IMG/VR virus record: IMGVR_UViG_3300020048_000007
Span: 1-64,000 of that record
DNA length: 64,000 nt
Direction: 5' to 3' (one strand)
Source of the DNA: a virus
Taxonomy: Duplodnaviria; Caudoviricetes
Each line of letters opens with the position of its first letter. Positions within the stretch are counted from its first letter, which is position 1. The translations under genes were made by a program, and so were the position numbers. Shown in pieces: positions 44,630 to 53,389 of the stretch. The notes under the pieces were generated by a model. The model ran no database searches. It was not told the origin of the DNA and was given only the letters and a program-made list of their open reading frames with translations.

Positions 44630-45198
44630 AAATTGACTTGTCGATAATAACATCCACTAGCAGACCAGCCAGTTATCGATCATTCATTTACCAGATGACT
44701 ACGCAGCTTTACAAAGGCATTAATGTAGAGCATATAATAGTGCAGGAAGGATCTAAATTTGACGACTTCTACTCTGCAAATATGTTAAACCTTATATTAA
44801 AAAGACAGCCTCTGCATAATGACTACGGCGCGGCAGCAAAAGACGCTGGCTTATCGATGGCTAATGGCGAGTACGTTTGCTTTTTTGATGATGATAACAT
44901 ATACTATCCTAACGCCGTAAGCACAGTCTATTCGACGGTATTGGGCCACGACATAGGAATTTGCAGAGTCCATTATAAGGATAGTATTATTCCACCACGC
45001 ATCATACGCCCGGGATCGGAAGGAGTCATAGAATCTGGTAAGATAGATTCTATGTGCTTTGCAATTAAAACAGATTTGGCTAAACAATTTAAATGGGCAG
45101 GTGGTGGTAGATTCAGTGATATAAGGTATCTAGAAAAAGTGAAACTTCTCTCATGCGATATTCGATTTAATAATCTTATTATAGGTGAGCATCTTTAG
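44626..45198 (+). CDS. GT2-family glycosyltransferase
   Basis: Start ATG 44626 (ATGA overlap); LSIITST; AAAKDAGL..ANGEYVCFFDDDNIY; IDSMCF; FSDI. Confidence 0.85.
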   Translation: MKIDLSIITSTSRPASYRSFIYQMTTQLYKGINVEHIIVQEGSKFDDFYSANMLNLILKRQPLHNDYGAAAKDAGLSMANGEYVCFFDDDNIYYPNAVSTVYSTVLGHDIGICRVHYKDSIIPPRIIRPGSEGVIESGKIDSMCFAIKTDLAKQFKWAGGGRFSDIRYLEKVKLLSCDIRFNNLIIGEHL

Positions 45199-46373
45199 GT
45201 TTCTGGGTTTAATCCCGGCACGTCTTTTTCAAAGCCGATTACATATTTCTTATTGATTATACGCTTGTAGGCATTATTACCGGCTCTCATTTCTGGTAAT
45301 ATATGAACCGTTCGCTTATTTTGAACGTCAGCCATAGCTGCGTGTATGGCGTAAAAGGCTGATTTATTTCTCTTGCTAGTGGCCATTTCGCAGGTGGCTT
45401 GAGCCATAGCTATCATACACTCGGGCATCCCGGTACGTTCTGTGGCGTAACACGCAGCCATGGCCGAGGTTATAGCGAATGGGTTTCCAGCACAGTCTTC
45501 AAAAGCCGATATCAGCATTCTCCTGCATATGTATGCTGGATCTTCTCCGCTGTTGAGCCAGGCGGCTAGCCAATATATGGCACCATCAGCATCTGAATCC
45601 TGTATGGCGTCTTGGTAGCAGTGAGCCATATTGAAATGTTCGTTACCGGATTTGTCGAACACAACGTGCTTGCTAGGAAAAACCATGTCGACTATTTCTT
45701 CTGTTATTTCATTGTCATCCATCATTATGACCGCTGCTTCCACTGCTGTCACAAGCTTTCTAGCATCACCAGAGCATCTGTTGATGAGTTTAGCAGCAGC
45801 TGCCTTGTTGTATCGTATTATTATATCGTGAGCCTTGTAGTATTCTTTTATTCGGCATAGTAACTTTACCAGATGCTCATTATTTAGGGGCTTTGTCTCT
45901 AATACAAGACTTCTGGATAGGATCGTACTGTTGACTGAGAATTTTGGGTTCTCCGTGGTAGCACCAAAGAGTGTCAAGACCCCTTCTTCTATTACAGGCA
46001 GAAAGGCGTCTTTGACTGATTTGTTAAGCCTGTGTATTTCGTCGACGAATAGGACAGTCTGCTGTGTGTTGTCTGAGGCGGCTTCGTCGATTATTGTTCT
46101 TATTTCTTTTATACTCGTATCTGTAGCATTTATGTTTCGAAAATTCGCGTCTATTTCTCTCGATAGGGCCATGGCAAGGGTAGTCTTGCCGGTTCCCGGT
46201 GGTCCCCATAGAATAGTATTCATAACCCTTTTCTTCAGGGCCATCCTATGGATTGGTCTATTTTCTTCTAATAAGTGCTCCTGCCCTATTATGTCTGCTA
46301 GCTTTGTTGGCCTGAGTATAGCTGCGAGCGGGGGGTATTTAGGCTGCCCTTGGGCCTTTCTGGTCGGTCTCAT
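45195..46373 (-). CDS. rarA: Replication-associated recombination protein RarA/MgsA (AAA+ ATPase)
   Basis: PLAAILRP..L.DIIGQEHL; LWGPPGTGKTT; LFVDEIHR; GATTENP; GDAR; YWLA.....GEDP..I.RR....A.ED. Confidence 0.92.
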   Translation of the reverse strand: MRPTRKAQGQPKYPPLAAILRPTKLADIIGQEHLLEENRPIHRMALKKRVMNTILWGPPGTGKTTLAMALSREIDANFRNINATDTSIKEIRTIIDEAASDNTQQTVLFVDEIHRLNKSVKDAFLPVIEEGVLTLFGATTENPKFSVNSTILSRSLVLETKPLNNEHLVKLLCRIKEYYKAHDIIIRYNKAAAAKLINRCSGDARKLVTAVEAAVIMMDDNEITEEIVDMVFPSKHVVFDKSGNEHFNMAHCYQDAIQDSDADGAIYWLAAWLNSGEDPAYICRRMLISAFEDCAGNPFAITSAMAACYATERTGMPECMIAMAQATCEMATSKRNKSAFYAIHAAMADVQNKRTVHILPEMRAGNNAYKRIINKKYVIGFEKDVPGLNPET

Positions 46374-46423
46374 ACTTCTAAAATACTGGCTAGCTAATTA
46401 TGCTTTTAGCGGGACTTAGCCAT

Positions 46424-46777
46424 TTAGATCAGGTCAAAGTTAGGCAATTCTTCTTTTTTAGCAGTCCGTAAGCCATCGCAGATTTTTTCTGCGATTTTCT
46501 TCGCCTCTTCGTTATTCAGCAATGTGCCTCTTTTTAGTGCTGCTAATTTGACTGCTCTTTTTGTGGACGTCATTAGCGGCCTGCTGTAGCCTTGTGCGCC
46601 ATAGTAATTCTTGGACAGCATTTCTTGGCCTTCTTCTGGGTCTTTGGCTCCAGAGCACCCCTGTAATAGTTGGATGGCGCTGGTGATTATCGAAATTATT
46701 GTAAGGATCGGGATAAATTCATATTCCGCTTGCACTTCTTCGCCGATTTCATGCACTACTTTATTGTCAGTTACCAT
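46424..46777 (-). CDS. Hypothetical protein with an N-terminal hydrophobic helix ending in Cys
   Basis: FIPILTIISIITSAIQLLQGC. Confidence 0.65.
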   Translation of the reverse strand: MVTDNKVVHEIGEEVQAEYEFIPILTIISIITSAIQLLQGCSGAKDPEEGQEMLSKNYYGAQGYSRPLMTSTKRAVKLAALKRGTLLNNEEAKKIAEKICDGLRTAKKEELPNFDLI

Positions 46778-47256
46778 GGTAATTTCTTTCCTCCGTCGTA
46801 CGGTTTGGCTAATTCTAGATTCATCAGAGTCGTCTGAACATTAACACCATCGGCTATCACGATTGCATTAATTCTGAAGTATTTATCTCTCTTCAGTTCA
46901 GTTAGCTCTATCTTCTTGGCATCATGGAGAATCTGCTTTAATACTTCGCGTGCTTTAATAGCTAGGGTTTTGACTTCTGGACGTTTGTCCGTTATTTCTG
47001 GTGTGTCTACATGGCTTAATCTTACTAATATGTTTTCCCCTATTATGGCCGGGAATACTGGAACGTCGACGATTATCGTGTCCCCGTCATGGACTCTAAC
47101 CAGTATTACTTCATATGTGCCTGGATATATCTTTCTTGCTTTTTGTGATTCGAATATAGCAGCATTGTTTGGTACTCCTGGCTGGTTTCGGAATATTAAG
47201 CCAGCAACAAGTATAAGAGTAATTATCTTGTATCGTTCTAACATGATCATAATCAT
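46771..47256 (-). CDS. Thermonuclease (SNase-like) family protein with an N-terminal membrane anchor
   Basis: Start moved to ATG 47256 (GAGG SD); VRVHDGDTI, VRLSHVDTPE, RDKYFR, LAKPYDGG. Confidence 0.88.
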   Translation of the reverse strand: MIMIMLERYKIITLILVAGLIFRNQPGVPNNAAIFESQKARKIYPGTYEVILVRVHDGDTIIVDVPVFPAIIGENILVRLSHVDTPEITDKRPEVKTLAIKAREVLKQILHDAKKIELTELKRDKYFRINAIVIADGVNVQTTLMNLELAKPYDGGKKLPW

Positions 47257-47277
47257 TTCTAGACCTCGGTGAGAACT

Positions 47278-47730
47278 ATGACACAAGACTCTGTGCTCTT
47301 CCCTAAGAAAGAGACTTCTAAAGAAAAGTTTGTATGGCGGGCAACATATGAAGACGGCACGATCGTAAAACAAAAGGAAGATGGCAAAGAAACGTCTTCC
47401 GACAAATTGGATAGAAAAGGTTTACGAAAATTCGAAATATTCGAAGAGACAGTCCACGGGGACATGACATTATTAAAACTGCAATTAATTCCCGGCGATA
47501 AATTCGCGTTCAGGCGCAGAATGGCTATTAAGGCTTCTTTTGGGTTACTCGCTAGGTATTATGGGGCTGGTATCACACGAGATGGGCATGTTTCGATCCT
47601 ATGGTTAGATGAAGATACCAAGTCTGTCGAACTTACTCGTCATATCGATGGTCGTAATGATGATACCACAGATGAGTATTGGAAACACAATTTCGCCTTT
47701 GCCGAAAATGACGATGTAGAAATATCTTAA
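47278..47730 (+). CDS. Hypothetical protein
   Basis: FVWRATYEDGTIVKQ; divergent from the thermonuclease gene. Confidence 0.7.
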   Translation: MTQDSVLFPKKETSKEKFVWRATYEDGTIVKQKEDGKETSSDKLDRKGLRKFEIFEETVHGDMTLLKLQLIPGDKFAFRRRMAIKASFGLLARYYGAGITRDGHVSILWLDEDTKSVELTRHIDGRNDDTTDEYWKHNFAFAENDDVEIS

Positions 47731-47740
47731 GAGGATACTG

Positions 47741-47983
47741 ATGTCTACAGATGAAATATCAGACTACATCCGCACGCAGATTTTCGCTGCGTGCGGAAGA
47801 CCTAAAAACTTTAGCATGATGAAACTGACAAAAGTATCTGACCACTGTTATAGAGTTAACCTATATGTCAAAGACCCAGGAACAATAATGGATATACAGA
47901 AAATAGAAGACAGCTATTTCATCACCATAGACGATGATAATAATATAGTAGACAGCGAACCACCATTAACGCGGCATCTTTAA
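47741..47983 (+). CDS. Hypothetical protein, 80 aa
   Basis: GAGG SD; KVSDHCYRVNLY...IEDSYFI. Confidence 0.7.
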   Translation: MSTDEISDYIRTQIFAACGRPKNFSMMKLTKVSDHCYRVNLYVKDPGTIMDIQKIEDSYFITIDDDNNIVDSEPPLTRHL

Positions 47984-49909
47984 AATCTTCTCTGTGTTTT
48001 TCCAAATCTTCGGAGGCGGGGACTTCTTCTTAACCTCGCCAAAGTTCATTACTTCAGGAATTGTTGCTGGAGCCGGTGCATCTTGAATGGCACGCTGAAT
48101 AACAATTGGAGCGGGCTCTGAAGTTTTTGATTCCGGACCGCGCTTAACGCGAATCGGTGATATGTTAACATTACTGAATATCTGTCTGGGCTTAGGAGGC
48201 TCGATGACCACTGGCTGTAATAGCGGTGCGACACCCGGTGCAGCTAAATCCTGTGCATCAAAACCCGGTGATGCAGAGTGGTCAATGTTGTCTAAGCAAG
48301 CACCCCATATCGCCCTTATGTCTGGCGAGATGTTGTCTCCTACACGGGCTATGATATCGACCTTTGAGCAAGTATTTCTATAATCGACTTGGTGATTATT
48401 AAGTAGCGTGTCTTTCGCAGCAATGTCTAATATACCCCAGCCATTCTTCCTAAGAACTATCCTATTAGTGTGTGTAGCATTTGGCCGCTGTAGATCTACC
48501 GCTAATGGGATAAACTTACCTACAGACTCGGAGCGAAAGGCTTTGAAGACGTTTCTTACTACAGCTTCATTAAATCTCAGGAGCAATGCGGTGGCGTAAT
48601 GAACTGCTGTCTGTGACTTTTTACCAAGCGATGATTGGACACTGTGATCGGCTGCGAATGCTCCTAATATTACACTATTATTATAATGTTCCCGTGAATT
48701 TGGCCGATCGCCCGTAAGTCTTGTGAATGCTGTATGACCTATACTATTGGTTGCAACAAGCTTAAAGCTTAGTATCTGGGAAAGATCATACGAATTTCTT
48801 ACCAAGCCGCCTGTGTCATGTGCTCTCAGTGAGGTCGAAATTTTTAGTCCGCTGGTATTGTGCTGCTTTAGCGGTGTTATAGTCTGGGTTGTCTGTGTCG
48901 TATGGGACAGATTAAAGGTCTGTCGTACGAGACCATCAACCAGATGGGGTCGCAATCCGACTGCACTAAGCCCAGCATCGACATAATGGTAATTCGCTAT
49001 ATTAGCAATCTTTAGTGCGTCAGTATTGGCCGAATTTAAAGGCGTGGCTTTTAGTAAAGAGGCAGATGCGTGGCTTTGAAATAGCTGCTGTTGCAACAGA
49101 TTATTAGTATAGTGATACCTGTTGTTCGCTGCCATCCTGTAAATTAAAACGTTTTGTGATACGCTAAAGAAAGTGTTTAAATTCGCTAAAGTCGCATGCG
49201 ATATAAATCTCACAGATTCTAGCAAAGCGTTAGTATTCAAGCTCTCAGCTATCGTTGCCGTCAGACTACTCTCGGTAATTATAGATCTGTTAAAGCTATC
49301 AAGGAGTAGACCATCAGTATTATGTAATATAGTCTCAACCGATATAAGTGCGGCTATGGTCTGGTGTGATATGGTGACACCTGCTGCACCTATGAAAGCA
49401 ATGGTTTGATGAGTCCTAGTTATAGCCGACTTAAGTAATGAATTAGTAAGATGAGTATCAGTAAATCCAGCTATTAATAATGATCTGGCTTGATGGGAAT
49501 CACTGAATGCCGCTTGAAGTAATGAGTCAGTTAGATGGGTATCAGAGAATCCAGCTCTTAAAACTGACCTAGCCAGATGGGTATTTGTAAGCCCCGCCTT
49601 TAGTAAAGAATTAGCTAAGTGAGTTACAGTTAAACCCGCACCTAGAAGTAAAGAATTAGTAAGATGGGTATCAGAAAATCCCGCACTTAATACTGACCTA
49701 GCCTGATGAGTATTGGTAAGCCCCGCTCTAAGAACTGCCCTTGTCTGGTGGACATCAATTAGACCGGCAATTAAAAACGAAGATGCGTTATGTTGCCTAC
49801 TATCGGTCAATCGAATTAAAGTCTGAGTTAAATGTGTATTAGCGAACGTTCTAACAGCGCCGGACAATGCGGCTAACGGAGCATCAGATATTGGTCCAAA
49901 ACCTAGCAT
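47966..49909 (-). CDS. Repeat-rich putative virion (tail-associated) protein, 647 aa
   Basis: MLGFGPISDAPLA start, typical of phage fibre-like proteins; ~14-aa TH(L/Q)xxSLLxAG(L/F)(T/S) repeats. Confidence 0.6.
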   Translation of the reverse strand: MLGFGPISDAPLAALSGAVRTFANTHLTQTLIRLTDSRQHNASSFLIAGLIDVHQTRAVLRAGLTNTHQARSVLSAGFSDTHLTNSLLLGAGLTVTHLANSLLKAGLTNTHLARSVLRAGFSDTHLTDSLLQAAFSDSHQARSLLIAGFTDTHLTNSLLKSAITRTHQTIAFIGAAGVTISHQTIAALISVETILHNTDGLLLDSFNRSIITESSLTATIAESLNTNALLESVRFISHATLANLNTFFSVSQNVLIYRMAANNRYHYTNNLLQQQLFQSHASASLLKATPLNSANTDALKIANIANYHYVDAGLSAVGLRPHLVDGLVRQTFNLSHTTQTTQTITPLKQHNTSGLKISTSLRAHDTGGLVRNSYDLSQILSFKLVATNSIGHTAFTRLTGDRPNSREHYNNSVILGAFAADHSVQSSLGKKSQTAVHYATALLLRFNEAVVRNVFKAFRSESVGKFIPLAVDLQRPNATHTNRIVLRKNGWGILDIAAKDTLLNNHQVDYRNTCSKVDIIARVGDNISPDIRAIWGACLDNIDHSASPGFDAQDLAAPGVAPLLQPVVIEPPKPRQIFSNVNISPIRVKRGPESKTSEPAPIVIQRAIQDAPAPATIPEVMNFGEVKKKSPPPKIWKNTEKILKMPR

Positions 49910-49920
49910 GCTTCACACTC

Positions 49921-49945
49921 TTTAAAAGACATAAGGTCTCTTAAA
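49921..49945 (-). terminator. Stem-loop overlapping the hldE stop codon
   Basis: Minus strand TTTAAGAGAC-CTTAT-GTCTTTTAAA: 10 bp with one G:U pair; a GAATATATT motif lies at 49944-49952. Confidence 0.4.
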
Positions 49946-51257
49946 TATATTCCACCAAAGCAGAACTAGAAGCATCATAAATTGTAGGAGCAATGAAGAC
50001 TTCACCCGCGATATCAGATCCTACTACATCACCTAAACCTGTATAAGGCTTACCCTTAACCAACACCTCAGGTCTCAAAACAGTAATCATCTCCAACGGC
50101 GTTTCCTCATCAAACGGAACGACAAGATCCACAAAATCCAAAGACCTAAGCATCTCCAACCTCCACTCCAAACAATTAACCGGTCGCCCATCACCCTTCA
50201 ATCGTCTTACACTCTCATCAGAATTCACACCGACTACAAGCTTATCGCCTTTTGACTTGGCAAACCTCAAATAGTCAACATGCCCAGCATGAAGAATATC
50301 AAAACAACCATTTGTAAACACTAACTTAAAATCTCGGTCACGCAAAACAGACGGATCATGTATTATTTTGTCAATCACAAAATCATATAGCCTTAAAGGT
50401 TTAATACTCGATCTCTGAACGTACAGACTGGATGCATAAGTCGCTAACTTAGCTGAATCATGAATACCAAACCCTAATAAGACACTATACCCAAAAAAAG
50501 CTAAAAAACAATCGCCAGCGCCAATTATATTTCGCTTAACGACTGGTTCTTGCGGTACTTTAAATAGAATACCATCATCTAACCCAGCCACGCCTTTTTC
50601 GGCCATAGTTATAATAATATTTCTGCAATCAGTGGCCTTGCTGATAACATCAAGCTGCTTTAACAAATCATCAGATCCTGACGCTTCCCTAGCTTCCTTA
50701 GCGTTTAACTTTAAGGCAAAGCAACCACGCCACCGATGAATGTCATTAGGCTTAATATCCACTATCGCATTGCTAAGATGATCTTTAAACCAATCGGCTT
50801 TAAAGAACCCCTTATTATAATCTGAGAACAGATTAACATCGGCTGTAGGAAGCCGTATGAGGCTATCATCAATTTTGGCACCGTGTTCTTCCCGGTCTAT
50901 TCTAAAGATAAACTCACTACCATTATAATACCGCCTTTTTATTGGAGTTAGCGGACTATTAACACAGTTGCTTGTGTCTATCTTGTTCTCTGTATACACA
51001 GAAAATGCCTGGTGAGAAAGAGCACCTACCAAATGTGATTTCAAAGGCAAGTTTTCGAACTGGTACGCCACATTACCAGCGCCACCAGGCATGGATGTGA
51101 CACTTTTTTCTAAAAATGCTGGAAATACAGATTCTGGATTGAATTTTGGTTCTACTTGAATATACTCATCTATCAAACAATCGCCAGCTATATTAATGAC
51201 CTTAGTATTACACAAAGCTCTGGAAATGAAATCATTGGCCAATGTTGAACTTATCAT
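49941..51257 (-). CDS. hldE: Bifunctional heptose-7-phosphate kinase / heptose-1-phosphate adenylyltransferase (HldE/RfaE-like)
   Basis: Kinase: AGDCLIDEY, PGGAGNVA, SDYNKG, GAGD. Transferase: FTNGCFDILHAGHVDYL..AK..GDKLVVGVNSDESVRRLKG..RP, FDEETP. Confidence 0.9.
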   Translation of the reverse strand: MISSTLANDFISRALCNTKVINIAGDCLIDEYIQVEPKFNPESVFPAFLEKSVTSMPGGAGNVAYQFENLPLKSHLVGALSHQAFSVYTENKIDTSNCVNSPLTPIKRRYYNGSEFIFRIDREEHGAKIDDSLIRLPTADVNLFSDYNKGFFKADWFKDHLSNAIVDIKPNDIHRWRGCFALKLNAKEAREASGSDDLLKQLDVISKATDCRNIIITMAEKGVAGLDDGILFKVPQEPVVKRNIIGAGDCFLAFFGYSVLLGFGIHDSAKLATYASSLYVQRSSIKPLRLYDFVIDKIIHDPSVLRDRDFKLVFTNGCFDILHAGHVDYLRFAKSKGDKLVVGVNSDESVRRLKGDGRPVNCLEWRLEMLRSLDFVDLVVPFDEETPLEMITVLRPEVLVKGKPYTGLGDVVGSDIAGEVFIAPTIYDASSSALVEYI

Positions 51258-52020
51258 AGTATGAACTCAAGAACGGACCAAGAATCTTATCAGGATGAAC
51301 ACTAATTCTATTTAGCGATGGACGGATGGCATGTAACCCATTTAGACCCCACGCGGCATCCTTTGATTCAGCACAAGCATTTTCGATCTTACCAAAATCG
51401 TGTTCCAAACTACTCAGCCCAAGAAAATCATTAACCTTTGCCATAGTCTCTTGCGGTAAGCCAGTAATATCGTCATAAGACACTAAGAAAATATTACTCC
51501 TATGTTTCCCTAAGCCATAAACCAGACTGTTATAAGGATCAGAAATATAATTCTCCCACAGACACTTAGCCCTAGCCTCAGTTGTGATCGGTATGCGTTT
51601 TTGTGTTAGATAATCATCGATGAAATTATTGCCCTTCTGCTGGTTCATTAAAACTATATATGAGGTTATGACCTCGCTTATTGGCCTATATGTGCAGACG
51701 ATTTTAGGAGAAGGAGTGATGCATGTGGTAGCAGGCCATACATTCCTAGGCCAACCCCTATGCTTATCGACCACTACCGATTCATTAAACTGACCATAAT
51801 ACGTTTCAGCGATAGCCTTATAGATATCAACATCAATAGACTCTTTATAAGTATAGTTATTATTTAACTTACTAAAAGCCTCATTCGTAAAACACAATAA
51901 ATCGAGAACAGGACTAGTTGGAGTAACATACACATTTTCATGCTGTGCTAGGAGTGAGCCAAGCAGAGTCGAACCGCTTCTTGGCAACCCAGACAAGAAA
52001 TGAATAGTTTTTACAGACAT
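51232..52020 (-). CDS. PAPS-dependent sulfotransferase
   Basis: 5'-PSB motif FLSGLPRSGSTLL; VDKHR.W; TYRPISEVITS; VSYDDI...PQETM..V..FLG. Confidence 0.85.
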   Translation of the reverse strand: MSVKTIHFLSGLPRSGSTLLGSLLAQHENVYVTPTSPVLDLLCFTNEAFSKLNNNYTYKESIDVDIYKAIAETYYGQFNESVVVDKHRGWPRNVWPATTCITPSPKIVCTYRPISEVITSYIVLMNQQKGNNFIDDYLTQKRIPITTEARAKCLWENYISDPYNSLVYGLGKHRSNIFLVSYDDITGLPQETMAKVNDFLGLSSLEHDFGKIENACAESKDAAWGLNGLHAIRPSLNRISVHPDKILGPFLSSYYDKFNIGQ

Positions 52021-52718
52021 CTATTATTCACCTTCATCATGTGCGGGTCGTTATACTTCTCAGTCTTTTCAGGACTAGTTGACTCACCAGCCATATCAAC
52101 CGCAAAAATCCCATGCTGAACAATCGGAAAAACATCTATCCTCAGCAACACATCAATACTAGTCACAATACCGAACTTAATAACATGAGTCAGCAATTGC
52201 CTAGCGATCATGGGGTCAACAGCGTAGGCATGCGCCCTGAGCATAAACCGATAATTCGGATTCAATTGTCCGTGAATAGGAATCAGACCCCAATACTTAT
52301 TCTCGACCTGTTCAATACTGCCAAGATACACAATGTTATTAATAGCATTGTGATGAGTATAAGGGTTAACCATCACAGCATCATGCTCAAGAATCACAAT
52401 AGGTTGATCAATCTCAACACACCTGGCCCACAATGACAAATGGCTCAAAACCACAGACACCTCAGTCACAGCAAGGGCTGGGTTAATCTGCTTAATCCAT
52501 TTTAAATATTGTCTATCTCTAGAATGCTCAGGTATTAATATCTCGCCCTTAGTGCCATCGAAGGCATCGTAAACCACGTATTTCATGCCAACTTCTTTAC
52601 AAGAATCTTGGCATTTTTGGGACATGGTTTCGGATAACTCATGCCCCTTCAATGTGATGATGTAAGCGGATTCTACTTCAGTGTTATACTTATATGACAG
52701 CGATTCTTTGAGTATCAT
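52011..52718 (-). CDS. GT25-like glycosyltransferase (paralog 2)
   Basis: AYIITLK; DAFDG; SHLSLW..C......IVILEHDAV; RAHAYAV.P..A..LL. Confidence 0.75.
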   Translation of the reverse strand: MILKESLSYKYNTEVESAYIITLKGHELSETMSQKCQDSCKEVGMKYVVYDAFDGTKGEILIPEHSRDRQYLKWIKQINPALAVTEVSVVLSHLSLWARCVEIDQPIVILEHDAVMVNPYTHHNAINNIVYLGSIEQVENKYWGLIPIHGQLNPNYRFMLRAHAYAVDPMIARQLLTHVIKFGIVTSIDVLLRIDVFPIVQHGIFAVDMAGESTSPEKTEKYNDPHMMKVNNRCL

Positions 52719-53389
52719 TTATTAGGCTCATATAACTCTGGGATTGTGGTCTTACCCGACAGATCTTGTGCGAAAATTCCATGCTGAACTATTGGGAAAA
52801 TATCAGCCCTAATCATACAATCGACAGGAGTCGTTATCCCGTACTTGATCAGATGGGAGAGCAGATTCCTAGCCACCATAGGATCGACAGCGTAAGCGTG
52901 AGTTTTATAGATATACCGAAAATCTGGCGATATCTGAGCATGAATTGGTATCAAACCGCAATAATTGTTTCTTACCTGCTCATTACTACCAAGATACACA
53001 ATATTATTTAGAGCATTATGATGAGTGTACTTTTGAAGCATCACAGCATCATGTTCTAATATGACTATGGGACGATCAATTTCTACACACTTACACCACA
53101 GAGAATAGTGACTCAGGAGACAGCATACCTCTGGTGGCGTGAGAGTAAAATTGACCATCTTTAGCAATTTCAGATAGTCTTTATCTTTGGAGTGATCAGG
53201 GACAATAATTCTTCCTGATGTCCCGTCGAATGCATCATATATCTGTGCGGATTGACCGACGTCAATGCATGATTCTATACACCTTTGAGCCATCGCTTCT
53301 GATTCTGCATGGCCTTTTAGTGTTATAATGTATGTTGATTCGACCTCTAGGTTATAGTGATAGCTCAGACCTTCGAATACTTCATCCAT
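52715..53389 (-). CDS. GT25-like glycosyltransferase (paralog 1)
   Basis: Same motifs (CCLLSHYSLW, IVILEHDAV, THAYAVDP); closely similar to 52011-52718. Confidence 0.75.
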   Translation of the reverse strand: MDEVFEGLSYHYNLEVESTYIITLKGHAESEAMAQRCIESCIDVGQSAQIYDAFDGTSGRIIVPDHSKDKDYLKLLKMVNFTLTPPEVCCLLSHYSLWCKCVEIDRPIVILEHDAVMLQKYTHHNALNNIVYLGSNEQVRNNYCGLIPIHAQISPDFRYIYKTHAYAVDPMVARNLLSHLIKYGITTPVDCMIRADIFPIVQHGIFAQDLSGKTTIPELYEPNK

